Shown here one piece after another: positions 12,734-22,047 of a DNA stretch of 60,180 nucleotides. Location of the stretch: the NCBI GenBank assembly GCA_041855065.1, contig JBHADJ010000171.1:1-60180 (forward strand). Reading direction: 5' to 3'. The notes below the pieces were generated by a model, which worked only from the letters and a program-made list of their open reading frames with translations, was not told the DNA's origin and ran no database searches. The stretch comes from Lysobacter sp. (GTDB taxonomy: Bacteria; Pseudomonadota; Gammaproteobacteria; Xanthomonadales; Xanthomonadaceae). The first letter of the stretch is position 1; the number at the start of each line of letters is the position of its first letter. Position numbers and translations under genes: made by a program.

Positions 12734-13504
12734 ATGAAGCGTCAACTTGCCACCCTCATTCCCACCCTCCTGCTGCTGGCCGCCTGCAGCGGTGACAGCC
12801 CGGCACCCGCCGCCAACGGCACCGAACCGGCCGCCAGCCCTGACACGACCAGCAGCCCGGCTGCAGCAACCACGCCCGATACCGACAATGCGCCCTCTGC
12901 CGTTACCCAGGCGAAGGACAATCTGGTGCCCGGCGTGGACTACGTGGAAATTCCCGGCGGTCAACCATTGCAACCGCTGGATGGCAAGATCGAGGTTGTC
13001 GAAGCATTCGCTTACTGGTGCGGTCACTGCAATGCCTTCGAGCCGCTGGTACAAGCCTGGAAGGCCAAGTTGCCCGAAGATGTCCGCTTCACGGTAATCC
13101 CGCTCGGCGATGACAAGGACACCACCGCCCGCATCTTCTATGCAGCCCAGACCAGTCAACAACTGGACAAGGTGCATCCCGCCATGTTCCACGCGCTGCA
13201 TGCCGAGCGCGCCTTTGCACCGAACGCCAGCCAACAGGAAATGCTGAGCTATTTGGGCAAGAAAGGGGTCAATACCCAGTCGCTGGAAGTGGCGATGAAC
13301 AGCTTTTCCATCAACAACTCGCTGGCACAAGGTTTGCGCTTCGCCCAGCGCAGCGGCATCGAGGGCACGCCAACCCTGGTTGTCAACGGCAAGTACCGCA
13401 TCACCCGCGGCATGGAAGAAGCCCTGCAAGTGGCCAATGCCCTGATTGCCCGCGAGCGTGAAGCAGGCAAGTCGGCAGCGCCCGCACCGGCCGCCGTGCA
13501 GTAA
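12734..13504 (+). CDS. dsbA: Second DsbA-family protein, predicted lipoprotein
   Basis: Lipobox LAAC; EAFAYWCGHC; GTPTLVVNGKY. Confidence 0.88.
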   Translation: MKRQLATLIPTLLLLAACSGDSPAPAANGTEPAASPDTTSSPAAATTPDTDNAPSAVTQAKDNLVPGVDYVEIPGGQPLQPLDGKIEVVEAFAYWCGHCNAFEPLVQAWKAKLPEDVRFTVIPLGDDKDTTARIFYAAQTSQQLDKVHPAMFHALHAERAFAPNASQQEMLSYLGKKGVNTQSLEVAMNSFSINNSLAQGLRFAQRSGIEGTPTLVVNGKYRITRGMEEALQVANALIAREREAGKSAAPAPAAVQ

Positions 13505-13510
13505 CACGCA

Positions 13511-14272
13511 ATGAGCACGCGCCGCCTGAAACTGCTGTCGGCCAATATCCAGGCCGGCAGCAGCACACGCCGATACAGCGACTATGCCACTCGAAGCTGG
13601 TCACACGTATTGCCGATTGGCGGCAAGCGCCATGCCCTCGACACCATCGCCGAACTGGCCGGGCAACACGATATCGTGGGTCTGCAGGAGGCCGACCCGG
13701 GCAGCTTCCGCTCCGGCTTCACCAACCAGACTCATTATCTTGCCACTCGCGCCGGATTTGCCCACTGGACACACCAGCCCAACCGCAATGTCGGCGGCGT
13801 TGCCTCCAGCGCAAACGGCCTGTTGAGCCAGATTGCGCCCATCAAAGTGGAAACCCACCCCTTGCCCGGCCGGGTCAAGGGGCGCGGGCTGCTGCTGGGT
13901 CGCTTCGGTCAGGGCGAAGGCGGGCTCGTGATCGCCGTGGCTCATCTTTCGCTGGGCGTGCAATCTCGCCTGTCGCAGCTGGCTTTCATCGCCGAAGTAC
14001 TGGGGAAAAGCCACAATGTCGTGTTGATGGGCGACTTCAACTGTCGCATCAGTCAACCGGAAATGGATGTGCTGTTTCACCGCACAGGGCTCGAACGCCC
14101 GGATGAGGACATTTTCACGTTTCCGGCCTGGGCACCGGATCGTGCCATCGACCACGTGCTGACGACTGCCAGCATCAGGACACTGACTCGTCAGGCCGTT
14201 CCTGCCGCGGCCTCCGATCATCTGGCACTGTCGGTCGAGCTGGAAGTTCCCGAGTCCTCCCTGCAGAGCTGA
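13511..14272 (+). CDS. Endonuclease/exonuclease/phosphatase family protein
   Basis: SANIQ, GLQEAD, HLSL, MGDFN, IDH and SDH motifs. Confidence 0.9.
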   Translation: MSTRRLKLLSANIQAGSSTRRYSDYATRSWSHVLPIGGKRHALDTIAELAGQHDIVGLQEADPGSFRSGFTNQTHYLATRAGFAHWTHQPNRNVGGVASSANGLLSQIAPIKVETHPLPGRVKGRGLLLGRFGQGEGGLVIAVAHLSLGVQSRLSQLAFIAEVLGKSHNVVLMGDFNCRISQPEMDVLFHRTGLERPDEDIFTFPAWAPDRAIDHVLTTASIRTLTRQAVPAAASDHLALSVELEVPESSLQS

Positions 14273-14283
14273 CAGGGCAAGAT

Positions 14284-14847
14284 CTACTGCCGCTCCAACT
14301 CGGCCAACATCCACTCCAGCCGACCGGCCGCCGGCTGCTGCAACAGCTCGGCGCGCAACTGCGCACGCTTCTGTGCCGGCGTGGAAAACGCCAAACGGCC
14401 AAGCACTTCCAGCTCCTGCGGCGACATCTGATGCAGCATCTGCAACAGCGGTGCCCGCTCCGCTTCCGGCACCCAGCCCAGCAATGGCTGCAGACGCGGA
14501 TACCAAGGCCCGAGCGATGCCCCCAGCCGCCAGCCGTATTGCTGATCCGGTGCCAGATCGGCAAAGCGCTGACGCAAAGCCATTTGCTCGGTCGGCGTCA
14601 ATCGTGCATAGGCCGCCGCCGCCTCACGCAACGCCTGCTGACGCTCGGCCGGCAATGCCAGCCATGCCCGCATCTGCTCGCGTTGCTGCTGGCGCGTTGC
14701 TGCTGGCAACGCCTGCCAGCTTGCCAGCCTTGCCTGCAACCGGCCCAACTGCTCCGGTGCCAGAGCCGACATCGCCACCAAGGGCAGCAACATCCCCATC
14801 AGGAGCAACATCCCTGCAAACACGCCTGCCCGTCCATCAAAGCGCAT
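14284..14847 (-). CDS. DUF3106-like exported helical-repeat protein
   Basis: Signal-like N-terminus; repeats WQALP.., WLALPAERQQALR, YARLTPTEQMALR and FADLAPDQQ. Start re-picked at 14847. Confidence 0.75.
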   Translation of the reverse strand: MRFDGRAGVFAGMLLLMGMLLPLVAMSALAPEQLGRLQARLASWQALPAATRQQQREQMRAWLALPAERQQALREAAAAYARLTPTEQMALRQRFADLAPDQQYGWRLGASLGPWYPRLQPLLGWVPEAERAPLLQMLHQMSPQELEVLGRLAFSTPAQKRAQLRAELLQQPAAGRLEWMLAELERQ

Positions 14848-15709
14848 CCTGCACCTCCGCATCGGAGATGCTCGAGCGCTCCGGCATGTCATCGCTGGGC
14901 AACGGCGGCTCATAATTGGAAACCCCAAGACGCTCAGCCTGATACCAGGAGAAAAATGCCGTATCCACGGCAATTTCCGCATCCCGGGGCGGGATTTCCA
15001 GCAATGCGCGATCCGGATGCCCCAACAATCCTGCTTCTGCTGAGAAGCGTGAAGCGGCCTCGCCCGAGCCGCCAAGACCATGCTGCTCCAAGCGTGCTGC
15101 CGAGTCAGCCTGCCTGGCGTCCGGGAAAAGGAATGTCATAACCATGGCAAGCACGCCAAGCCCAGCGACGGCCAGCATGCCGCGCCACGGAACAGGGCGT
15201 GCATCAGATGCCTCGGAGCTTGGCACACGGGCGGTCAATTGCTGGCGCGCGCGTGCGATTTTCGCCATGCGATTGACTGAAAAATCTTGCAACATCGGCC
15301 AAATTCGCGCACTCAGCAAGGAAACATCCAAGCCGGCCTTTTCCAGCTGCACCATGCCCGCCGTCACTTGCCGCACCGGCAGCTTCAACAGAAGTGCCAA
15401 ATCGTCCTCTTGCAGTCGGGCAAGCACGACCAGCAAAGCCAATGCCCTCAGCCCGGCTGGCAACGCTTCCAAATCGGCCAGAGAGGATGGCAAGAGCGGC
15501 TTGCCAAGCCGCAAACCCGGCATCGCCAGCAAGCACTGCCAGCTTGCCAGCACGGCATTGCCCGCAAGGCCCGGGGCGCCCTGCCTTGCATGCAGCACAT
15601 GCGCGATGTGTTGCTCATGCTCGCCCTGCGGCGCTGTCACCAGCTCAAGAAACAACAACATGGCTGGAACCAGTGGCGGCGGCGATGAGGCGGAATTGAG
15701 CAAGGACAT
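14837..15709 (-). CDS. Hypothetical single-pass membrane protein with a degenerate sigma70 region-4-like segment
   Basis: LEALPAGLRALALL..LQEDDLALLLKLPVRQV, then TM WRGMLAVAGLGVLAMVMTFLF; overlaps the DUF3106 gene start. Confidence 0.6.
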   Translation of the reverse strand: MSLLNSASSPPPLVPAMLLFLELVTAPQGEHEQHIAHVLHARQGAPGLAGNAVLASWQCLLAMPGLRLGKPLLPSSLADLEALPAGLRALALLVVLARLQEDDLALLLKLPVRQVTAGMVQLEKAGLDVSLLSARIWPMLQDFSVNRMAKIARARQQLTARVPSSEASDARPVPWRGMLAVAGLGVLAMVMTFLFPDARQADSAARLEQHGLGGSGEAASRFSAEAGLLGHPDRALLEIPPRDAEIAVDTAFFSWYQAERLGVSNYEPPLPSDDMPERSSISDAEVQDAL

Positions 15710-15757
15710 GGTCAGGCGATGATACCGGCTGACAGGCCGGCAAGTGCGCGCGTCGAG

Positions 15758-15973
15758 AAGTTTTGCACAACCCACCGAGCACAGGCAGATAAGTCTTTGA
15801 TTGCTGGTGAAACCATTTTTCCGCCCCAAGTTCCACGCATAAGTTATTGATATAAAACAATTATTTCGATATGATCATTTTTTGTCCAAACCTTCTTGCC
15901 GCCTGCAGCCATCGGTGAATGCCAGTGTTTTTCAGACCTAATCCACAGACTTATCCACAGCCAATGTGGAAAA
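15758..15973. promoter_or_regulatory. DnaA/IHF/Fis site module 1 (DARS2-like)
   Basis: TTTTGCACA 15761-15769; IHF consensus WATCAANNNNTTR on the minus strand at 15790-15802 and 15840-15852; Fis-type GATCATTTTTTGTCC 15873-15887; core TAATCCACA-3-TTATCCACA-5-TGTGGAAAA 15939-15973. Confidence 0.8.
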
Positions 15974-16070
15974 TGTGACGGCCTTTTAACATCAATGCGT
16001 TAGCCATAAGAGTTCTCCTCCACGACAGCTTGTAACCGTAACTGGCGACACCGGCACCCCGGCTCAGGGA

Positions 16071-16285
16071 AAGTTGTGAACAGCCTGTGGAAAACCTTTG
16101 GGCAATCACGTCAGCCTCCTCATCACATCTGGTTTCATGCGCGTTTCACAAGTAACCCGTTGATTTAATTGACTTTAATTTCATGGACAAAAAATATCCA
16201 ATCCAACCAAAGTCTTGTCAGCGCCTCGCTTTTGGCCGCCTTTGAAACATTCCTCCACAGACTTATCCACATCTCATGTGGAGAA
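16071..16285. promoter_or_regulatory. DnaA/IHF/Fis site module 2 (DARS2-like)
   Basis: TGTGAACAG-2-TGTGGAAAA 16075-16094; IHF consensus on the minus strand 16153-16165; Fis-type GGACAAAAAATATCC 16185-16199; core TCCTCCACA-3-TTATCCACA-5-TGTGGAGAA 16251-16285. Confidence 0.8.
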
Positions 16286-16438
16286 TTGAAGAAAGACTGA
16301 ACAAATCCCCGTCATCTACCCGACAAGCCCCCCCCGTCACCGCCCTCCTTCCGGGAAAACTTCCCACAACATCGGCGAACTGGACAGGAACATCGCTTTG
16401 CCGCACACTGGCGACCTCCCTCCGCCATGCGCATCCCG

Positions 16439-16888
16439 ATGCCGCACCTTCTCGTCCTGCACGGCCCCAATCTGAACTTGCTCGGCAGCCGCGAGCCGCA
16501 GATCTACGGCCACACCACGCTGGCGCAGATCGATGCCCAGCTGAAGGCCGATGCCGAGGCGGCCGGGGCACGCCTTGAAACGCTGCAAAGCAATGCCGAA
16601 CATGTGCTGGTGGAACGGGTGCAAGCCGCCCGCAGCGATGGCACCGACTTCATCCTGATCAATCCGGCCGCGTTCACCCACACCTCGGTGGCGCTGCGCG
16701 ACGCACTGGCCGCAGTGGCGATTCCGTTCATCGAAATCCATCTCTCCAACCCGCATGCACGCGAGCCGTTCCGCCAGCACAGCTATTTCAGCGATCTGGC
16801 GCATGCGCTCATCTGCGGCTTCGGTGCCGAGGGCTATCGGCATGCCCTCGCCGCCGCCCTGCGACACCTTCAATCCCGGGCTGCATGA
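16439..16888 (+). CDS. aroQ: Type II 3-dehydroquinate dehydratase
   Basis: [33 protein letters not shown] and [14 protein letters not shown]. Confidence 0.97.
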   Translation: MPHLLVLHGPNLNLLGSREPQIYGHTTLAQIDAQLKADAEAAGARLETLQSNAEHVLVERVQAARSDGTDFILINPAAFTHTSVALRDALAAVAIPFIEIHLSNPHAREPFRQHSYFSDLAHALICGFGAEGYRHALAAALRHLQSRAA

Positions 16889-16923
16889 GCCCGCCATTTT
16901 CTCTGGCAACCAAAGGTTCCTTT

Positions 16924-17403
16924 ATGGATTTGCGCAAGATCAAGAAACTCATCGACCTTCTGGAAGAATCCAATCTCAACGAGATTGAAATCAAGGAAGG
17001 CGAGGAATCCGTCCGCCTCTCGCGTGGTGGCAGCTTTGCCGTCAGCGCGCCGGTCGCCGCCCAGGTGATCCCGAGTGCGCCCGTCGCCAGCGCCCCGGCC
17101 ATGCCGATGGTCTCGCCCGTGGAAGCGGCCACCGGCGGCAGCCCGAAGAGCGGCCCGGAGCTGCCCGAAGGCCATGTCGTGCGCGCGCCGATGGTCGGCA
17201 CCTTCTATGCCAGCGCCGCCCCGGACAAGCCGCCGTTCGTGAGTGTCGGGGCCACGGTCAAGGCCGGCGACACCCTCGGCATCATCGAGGCGATGAAGAT
17301 GTTCAACCCGATCGAAGCCGAAGTCTCCGGTACCGTGCTCGCCATCCAGTGCGAAAACGGCCAGCCGGTGGAGTTCGACCAGCCGATGTTCGTCATCGGG
17401 TAA
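16924..17403 (+). CDS. accB: Acetyl-CoA carboxylase biotin carboxyl carrier protein
   Basis: [18 protein letters not shown] and biotinylation motif EAMKM. Confidence 0.97.
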   Translation: MDLRKIKKLIDLLEESNLNEIEIKEGEESVRLSRGGSFAVSAPVAAQVIPSAPVASAPAMPMVSPVEAATGGSPKSGPELPEGHVVRAPMVGTFYASAAPDKPPFVSVGATVKAGDTLGIIEAMKMFNPIEAEVSGTVLAIQCENGQPVEFDQPMFVIG

Positions 17404-17409
17404 GCCGCC

Positions 17410-18783
17410 ATGCCCATGCTCGATAAAGTCGTCATCGCCAATCGTGGCGAAATCGCCCTGCGCATCGTGCGTGCCTGCCAGTCGCTCGGCATCCGCACCG
17501 TGGCCGTGCACTCCACCGCCGATCGCAATCTCAAGCACGTCGCCATGGCCGACGAGTCGGTCTGCATCGGCCCGGCACCCTCGCCGGAAAGCTATCTCAA
17601 CATGCCGGCCATCATCGCCGCAGCCGAAGTCACCGATGCCCAGGCCATCCATCCGGGTTACGGCTTTCTTTCCGAAAACGCCGATTTTGCCGAACGGGTG
17701 GAGGAATCGGGCTTCATCTTCATCGGCCCCAAGGCCGACACCATCCGCCTGATGGGCGACAAGGTGGAAGCCATCCGCGCCATGAAGGCCGCCGGCGTGC
17801 CCTGCGTGCCCGGCTCCGATGGCCCCTTGGGGGAAGATGCCGAAACCAACATCAAGATCGCCCGCGACATCGGCTACCCGGTGATCGTCAAGGCGGCCGG
17901 CGGTGGCGGCGGGCGCGGCATGCGCGTGGTGCATTCCGAAGCCGCGCTGCTGAACGCCATCGCCACCACCAAGAGCGAAGCCCGCGCCGCGTTCGGCAAT
18001 GACATGGTGTACATGGAAAAGTTCCTGGAAAACCCGCGCCATGTGGAGATCCAGGTACTGGCCGACGGCCAGGGCAATGCCATTCACCTCGGCGAGCGCG
18101 ACTGCTCGATGCAGCGCCGCCACCAGAAAGTGGTGGAAGAAGCGCCCGCCCCCGGCATCAGCCCGGAATTGCGCGATGAAATCGGCAAGGTCTGCGTCGA
18201 GGCCTGCCTGCGCATCGGCTACCGCGGCGCCGGCACGTTCGAATTCCTGTTCGAGAATGGTCGCTTCTACTTCATCGAGATGAATACCCGCATCCAGGTG
18301 GAGCATCCGGTGACGGAAATGGTGACCGGCATCGATCTGGTGCGCGAGCAACTCCTGATTGCCGCCGGCCGCAAGCTCTCCATCAAGCAAAGCGACGTGG
18401 TGCTGCGCGGCCATGCCATCGAGTGCCGCATCAATGCCGAAGACCCGGACAGCTTCCTGCCCAGCCCCGGCCTCATCAACCACTTCCACGCCCCCGGCGG
18501 CCCCGGTGTGCGCGTGGACACGCATATCTACGAAGGCTACCGCGTCCCGCCGAACTACGACTCGATGATCGGCAAGCTGATCGTCCACGGCAGCAATCGC
18601 GCCGAAGCCATCGCCCGGATGCGGGTGGCCCTGTCGGAAATGGTGGTGGACGGCATCAAGACCAACATCCCCCTGCAACAGCGCATCATGGCCGATGCCG
18701 GTTTTGCCAGCGGCGGGCAGAACATCCACTATCTGGAAAAACGCCTCGCCGAAAACCGCGAACGTTCATTGAAACTTGCCTGA
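17410..18783 (+). CDS. accC: Biotin carboxylase
   Basis: [38 protein letters not shown] and [14 protein letters not shown]. Confidence 0.98.
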   Translation: MPMLDKVVIANRGEIALRIVRACQSLGIRTVAVHSTADRNLKHVAMADESVCIGPAPSPESYLNMPAIIAAAEVTDAQAIHPGYGFLSENADFAERVEESGFIFIGPKADTIRLMGDKVEAIRAMKAAGVPCVPGSDGPLGEDAETNIKIARDIGYPVIVKAAGGGGGRGMRVVHSEAALLNAIATTKSEARAAFGNDMVYMEKFLENPRHVEIQVLADGQGNAIHLGERDCSMQRRHQKVVEEAPAPGISPELRDEIGKVCVEACLRIGYRGAGTFEFLFENGRFYFIEMNTRIQVEHPVTEMVTGIDLVREQLLIAAGRKLSIKQSDVVLRGHAIECRINAEDPDSFLPSPGLINHFHAPGGPGVRVDTHIYEGYRVPPNYDSMIGKLIVHGSNRAEAIARMRVALSEMVVDGIKTNIPLQQRIMADAGFASGGQNIHYLEKRLAENRERSLKLA

Positions 18784-18790
18784 TGCCAAC

Positions 18791-18819
18791 GCCGGGCGGG
18801 CGCACAATGCCCGCCCGGC
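18791..18819. repeat. GC-rich inverted repeat (REP-like or processing/terminator stem)
   Basis: GCCGGGCGGGC-N7-GCCCGCCCGGC, perfect 11-bp stem with no U tract. Confidence 0.6.
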
Positions 18820-18829
18820 AACCCGCTGC

Positions 18830-19465
18830 ATGAGCCCCCGCGACTACCGCCACTTTTCCACTGTCGCCAAAACCGCCTTTGCCAAGGTAGCGCGCCCGCT
18901 GGGCTATGCACCCGCCGGCAGAACACTGTTTGTCCGTCCCCATCTGGCCGGCTGGCATGAAGCCTTCTGGCTGGATACCGGCTGGTCGGGCGGGGATTCT
19001 TTCGGCATCGGCTACGGCATCATCGCCTCGGATTTCCATCCTGCCCTGCCCTTGCGCGAAGCGCCCTTGCTACTGCATGAAACTCTGCGCAATGCCGCAG
19101 GCGCAAGCGCCTTTTCCCGCGCGAGCCGAGCGCAGATTGCCGCCAGTGCCGAAGCTTTTGCCCGCTTATACCCGCAACAGGCCGAGCCGTGGTTTGCCGC
19201 GTTCCAAAGCTGGCAGGACATTGCCAACGAATACGCCCAGCGCCAAAGCCGCTGGCTCGATGAAGCGCGGCTTGGCCAATACAGCGAGTTCATGCCCCCG
19301 CAGGCACTCTACGGCCTGTTGCTGCTGAAAGCCGGCAGCCCACAGGCCGCCAGCGGCTGGCTGCAAGAATCCCGCCGTCTGCTTATGTCCAGCAAAAAAC
19401 GCGAGGACTGGGAAGAAACCTTCCTGCAAGACGTCAACTGCGCACTGGACGGGCTACCGACTTGA
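18830..19465 (+). CDS. Hypothetical protein between accC and prmA
   Basis: 211-aa ORF filling the gap, co-oriented with neighbours; only a loose DUF4304-like look. Confidence 0.7.
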   Translation: MSPRDYRHFSTVAKTAFAKVARPLGYAPAGRTLFVRPHLAGWHEAFWLDTGWSGGDSFGIGYGIIASDFHPALPLREAPLLLHETLRNAAGASAFSRASRAQIAASAEAFARLYPQQAEPWFAAFQSWQDIANEYAQRQSRWLDEARLGQYSEFMPPQALYGLLLLKAGSPQAASGWLQESRRLLMSSKKREDWEETFLQDVNCALDGLPT

Positions 19466-19519
19466 CTTGGGCGGCGCCTGTACCCAGCATTTCCGCCCCA
19501 CCCTCACCACTCCTCGACA

Positions 19520-20440
19520 ATGCCCTGGCTGCAACTGACCCTGCCCGTTTCCCAAGCCCGTTATCCCGACTACGAGGCCGCGCTGGAGCGTGCCGGGGCG
19601 TTGTCGGTGACCTTGCAGGATGCCGATGCCGAAACACCCGACGAGCAGGCGATTTTCGAGCCGGGGGTCGGCGAAACCCCGCTTTGGCAGCAGATGGTGC
19701 TGAGCGCCCTGTTCGAGGGCGACACCGATGCCGATGCGCTGCGCCTGCATCTGGCCGCCGATGCCGCGCGGCTCGACTGGTCGGCGATGACGCTGGAAAC
19801 GGTGGAGGATCAGGATTGGGAACGCGCCTGGCTCGACCAGTTCCAGCCAATGCAATTTGGCACGCGCACCTTCATCGTGCCGTGGAACCACGACCTGCCC
19901 GAAGCGGCGCAAATGCCCGACGCGGCCGTGGTGCGGCTTGACCCCGGCCTTGCCTTCGGCTCCGGCACCCATCCCACCACCGCGCTGTGTCTGGAGTGGC
20001 TCGATGCCTTGGCCGACAAGGGCCAGCTTGCCGGGCGCGAAGTGCTGGACTTTGGCTGCGGCAGCGGCATTCTGGCCCTCGCCGCGCTGAAACTCGGTGC
20101 CGCCCATGCCACCGGCATCGACAACGACCCGCAAGCCATCATCGCCAGTGGCGACAATGCCGAACGCAATGGTCTGGCCACCCGCCTGCATCTTCATTTG
20201 CCGGAAGACGCCCCGGCGCGCACCTATCCGATCGTGGTGGCCAATATTCTCGCCTCGGCACTGGATGCGCTGGCCGAAACGCTGGCCGGGCACGTCGCCC
20301 CCGGCGGGCTCCTGGCGATGTCCGGCATCCTCGCCGGGCAGGAGGACGAACTGCTCGTCCGCTATGCGCCCTGGTTCGAGAATCTGCAGGTGCAGAATCA
20401 GGATGATTGGGTACGCATCAGCGGCCGTCGTCGCGGATAA
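19520..20440 (+). CDS. prmA: Ribosomal protein L11 methyltransferase
   Basis: [26 protein letters not shown] and VANILA. Confidence 0.97.
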   Translation: MPWLQLTLPVSQARYPDYEAALERAGALSVTLQDADAETPDEQAIFEPGVGETPLWQQMVLSALFEGDTDADALRLHLAADAARLDWSAMTLETVEDQDWERAWLDQFQPMQFGTRTFIVPWNHDLPEAAQMPDAAVVRLDPGLAFGSGTHPTTALCLEWLDALADKGQLAGREVLDFGCGSGILALAALKLGAAHATGIDNDPQAIIASGDNAERNGLATRLHLHLPEDAPARTYPIVVANILASALDALAETLAGHVAPGGLLAMSGILAGQEDELLVRYAPWFENLQVQNQDDWVRISGRRRG

Positions 20441-20448
20441 TGCCCGGC

Positions 20449-21012
20449 ATGAGCGAAGCCAAACCCCTGCCCAGTTTTGCCCATTCGGGCACCCCTACCG
20501 ACGAGCAAACGCCACAGGCCGACTGGCGTGTCTGGCTGGCGGTGGCCGCACTCGCGCTCAGCCTTGTCTTGCTCATCCTGCTTGCCGGACGCCAGACCTT
20601 GGCCGCCGATGCCGGCAGCCGATCGCTGATCGAGCGCGCCTGTGCCATCCTTGGCTGCGAAGTCCCGGTATGGCACGACCTCAAAGCCTTCCAGATGGAG
20701 GGGCATGATATCCGCCCACACCCGCAATTGCCGGGCGTTCTGCGCATCCGCGGCGGCTTCAGCAATCAGGCGCGCTGGGCACAGGACTGGCCGGAGCTGG
20801 TGCTGACCCTTTCCGACGCCAGCGGACAGCCGTTGGCACAGCGCGCCTTCCAGCCCGAGGAATATCTGGGTGCCGCACCCGACGAGTTGCTCGGTGCCGG
20901 GCAAACCGCCAGCCTGCAATTCGATGTGCACGAGCCAGCCGGAACAGCCGTCACCTTCCAATTCGCCTTCCACTCCCCGCAATCTGCTCATTCCTCCCGG
21001 AGCCGAGAATGA
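20449..21012 (+). CDS. DUF3426 domain membrane protein (no N-terminal zinc ribbon)
   Basis: TM helix, CAILGC, and [23 protein letters not shown]; usual position after prmA. Confidence 0.85.
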   Translation: MSEAKPLPSFAHSGTPTDEQTPQADWRVWLAVAALALSLVLLILLAGRQTLAADAGSRSLIERACAILGCEVPVWHDLKAFQMEGHDIRPHPQLPGVLRIRGGFSNQARWAQDWPELVLTLSDASGQPLAQRAFQPEEYLGAAPDELLGAGQTASLQFDVHEPAGTAVTFQFAFHSPQSAHSSRSRE

Positions 21013-21251
21013 TTCCCCGGCCAAACGCACCACTGCGCGAACACGTTGCCCAAGCCGTGCGCTGCTATCTGCATGATCTTGATGGTGCCACCATCACCGA
21101 TCTTCATCAGGTCATGCTGCGCGAGCTGGAAATCCCGATGCTGACCGAGGTGCTGCGTCACTGCCAAGGCAACCAGAGCCGTGCTGCCAGCATGCTGGGG
21201 CTGCACCGCACCACGCTGCGCAAGAAACTGCGCGAATACCAGCTGGGCTGA
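21009..21251 (+). CDS. fis: DNA-binding protein Fis (short form)
   Basis: PLREHV..YLHDLDG, ELEIPML and [21 protein letters not shown]. Confidence 0.9.
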   Translation: MIPRPNAPLREHVAQAVRCYLHDLDGATITDLHQVMLRELEIPMLTEVLRHCQGNQSRAASMLGLHRTTLRKKLREYQLG

Positions 21252-21308
21252 TTCCTGCAAACCGGGCCACGACAATCCGCCGCACACGGCTAGAAAGCAC
21301 GCACCGTG

Positions 21309-21680
21309 CTATTTGCCAAACAACTGCCGCAGCAAAGGCTGCGCCCAGCACGCTTCAAGATCGGCAGGTTTATAGGCAATGGCAATGCAGCGGCCTTCAA
21401 GCTGCGCCACCAAATCAATATCCAGCGTGCAAACCGCCGCATTGCGATCGCGGCCGGCAGCCGCCTCGATGGCCTTGAGACGCGACTGCAATGCTCCGTA
21501 TGGCAAAGAGCTTTCGATGATGGCCGCGGCATTGAGGTAGCGCGACTGGCTTCCGGCATCCCGCGTCGGCAAGGGACCCGCATGGGCAAGGCAGACAAAT
21601 TCCGCCTGCAATCGCTGCACTGCCAGACGAAAGCTCGCAGCACGCCGATGGTTGGATCCCAGAAGAAGCAAATACTGCAT
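21309..21680 (-). CDS. folK: Short, divergent HPPK (FolK)-like protein
   Basis: LLLGSN, YLNAA, LKAIE..AGR and TLDIDL; follows folB; C-terminal motifs missing. Confidence 0.7.
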   Translation of the reverse strand: MQYLLLLGSNHRRAASFRLAVQRLQAEFVCLAHAGPLPTRDAGSQSRYLNAAAIIESSLPYGALQSRLKAIEAAAGRDRNAAVCTLDIDLVAQLEGRCIAIAYKPADLEACWAQPLLRQLFGK

Positions 21681-21687
21681 GAGTCGA

Positions 21688-22047
21688 CTATGCCGTTCGC
21701 AGAATTTCCACGCCAACATCCTGACAACCCAGCGCCGCCGCCGCCAATGGCTTGTGCAGCTTGAGCCGCACATGCCGGGTCGGGAACTCGGCCAAGATCA
21801 AGGTGGCCATTTCTTCAAGCAGCGTTTCCAGCAATGCATGCCGGGTTTGCGCCGTCCATTGTCGCAGTCGGCCAACGACCTCGGCATAGTCCAACGTATC
21901 AGCCAACGCATCACTGTGCCCGGCACGCTGGCAGTCAAAAGCCAGTTCGACATCCAGAATCAACGGCTGCGCTGCATGGCGCTCGCTTTCATACACGCCG
22001 ATCACAACCTCCAGCGCCAGACCCTTGATGAAGATGAGGTCACTCAT
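21688..22047 (-). CDS. folB: Dihydroneopterin aldolase
   Basis: [24 protein letters not shown] and LKLHKP. Confidence 0.93.
   Translation of the reverse strand: MSDLIFIKGLALEVVIGVYESERHAAQPLILDVELAFDCQRAGHSDALADTLDYAEVVGRLRQWTAQTRHALLETLLEEMATLILAEFPTRHVRLKLHKPLAAAALGCQDVGVEILRTA

Noticed and set aside
15939-16285. CRISPR array or simple tandem repeat
   Set aside because: Only two copies of an 18-mer, 312 bp apart, made of DnaA boxes; no cas genes.
15710-16438. Chromosomal origin oriC
   Set aside because: No dnaA, dnaN, gidA or parAB nearby and no obvious repeated unwinding element; box geometry fits DARS better. Not fully excluded without GC skew.
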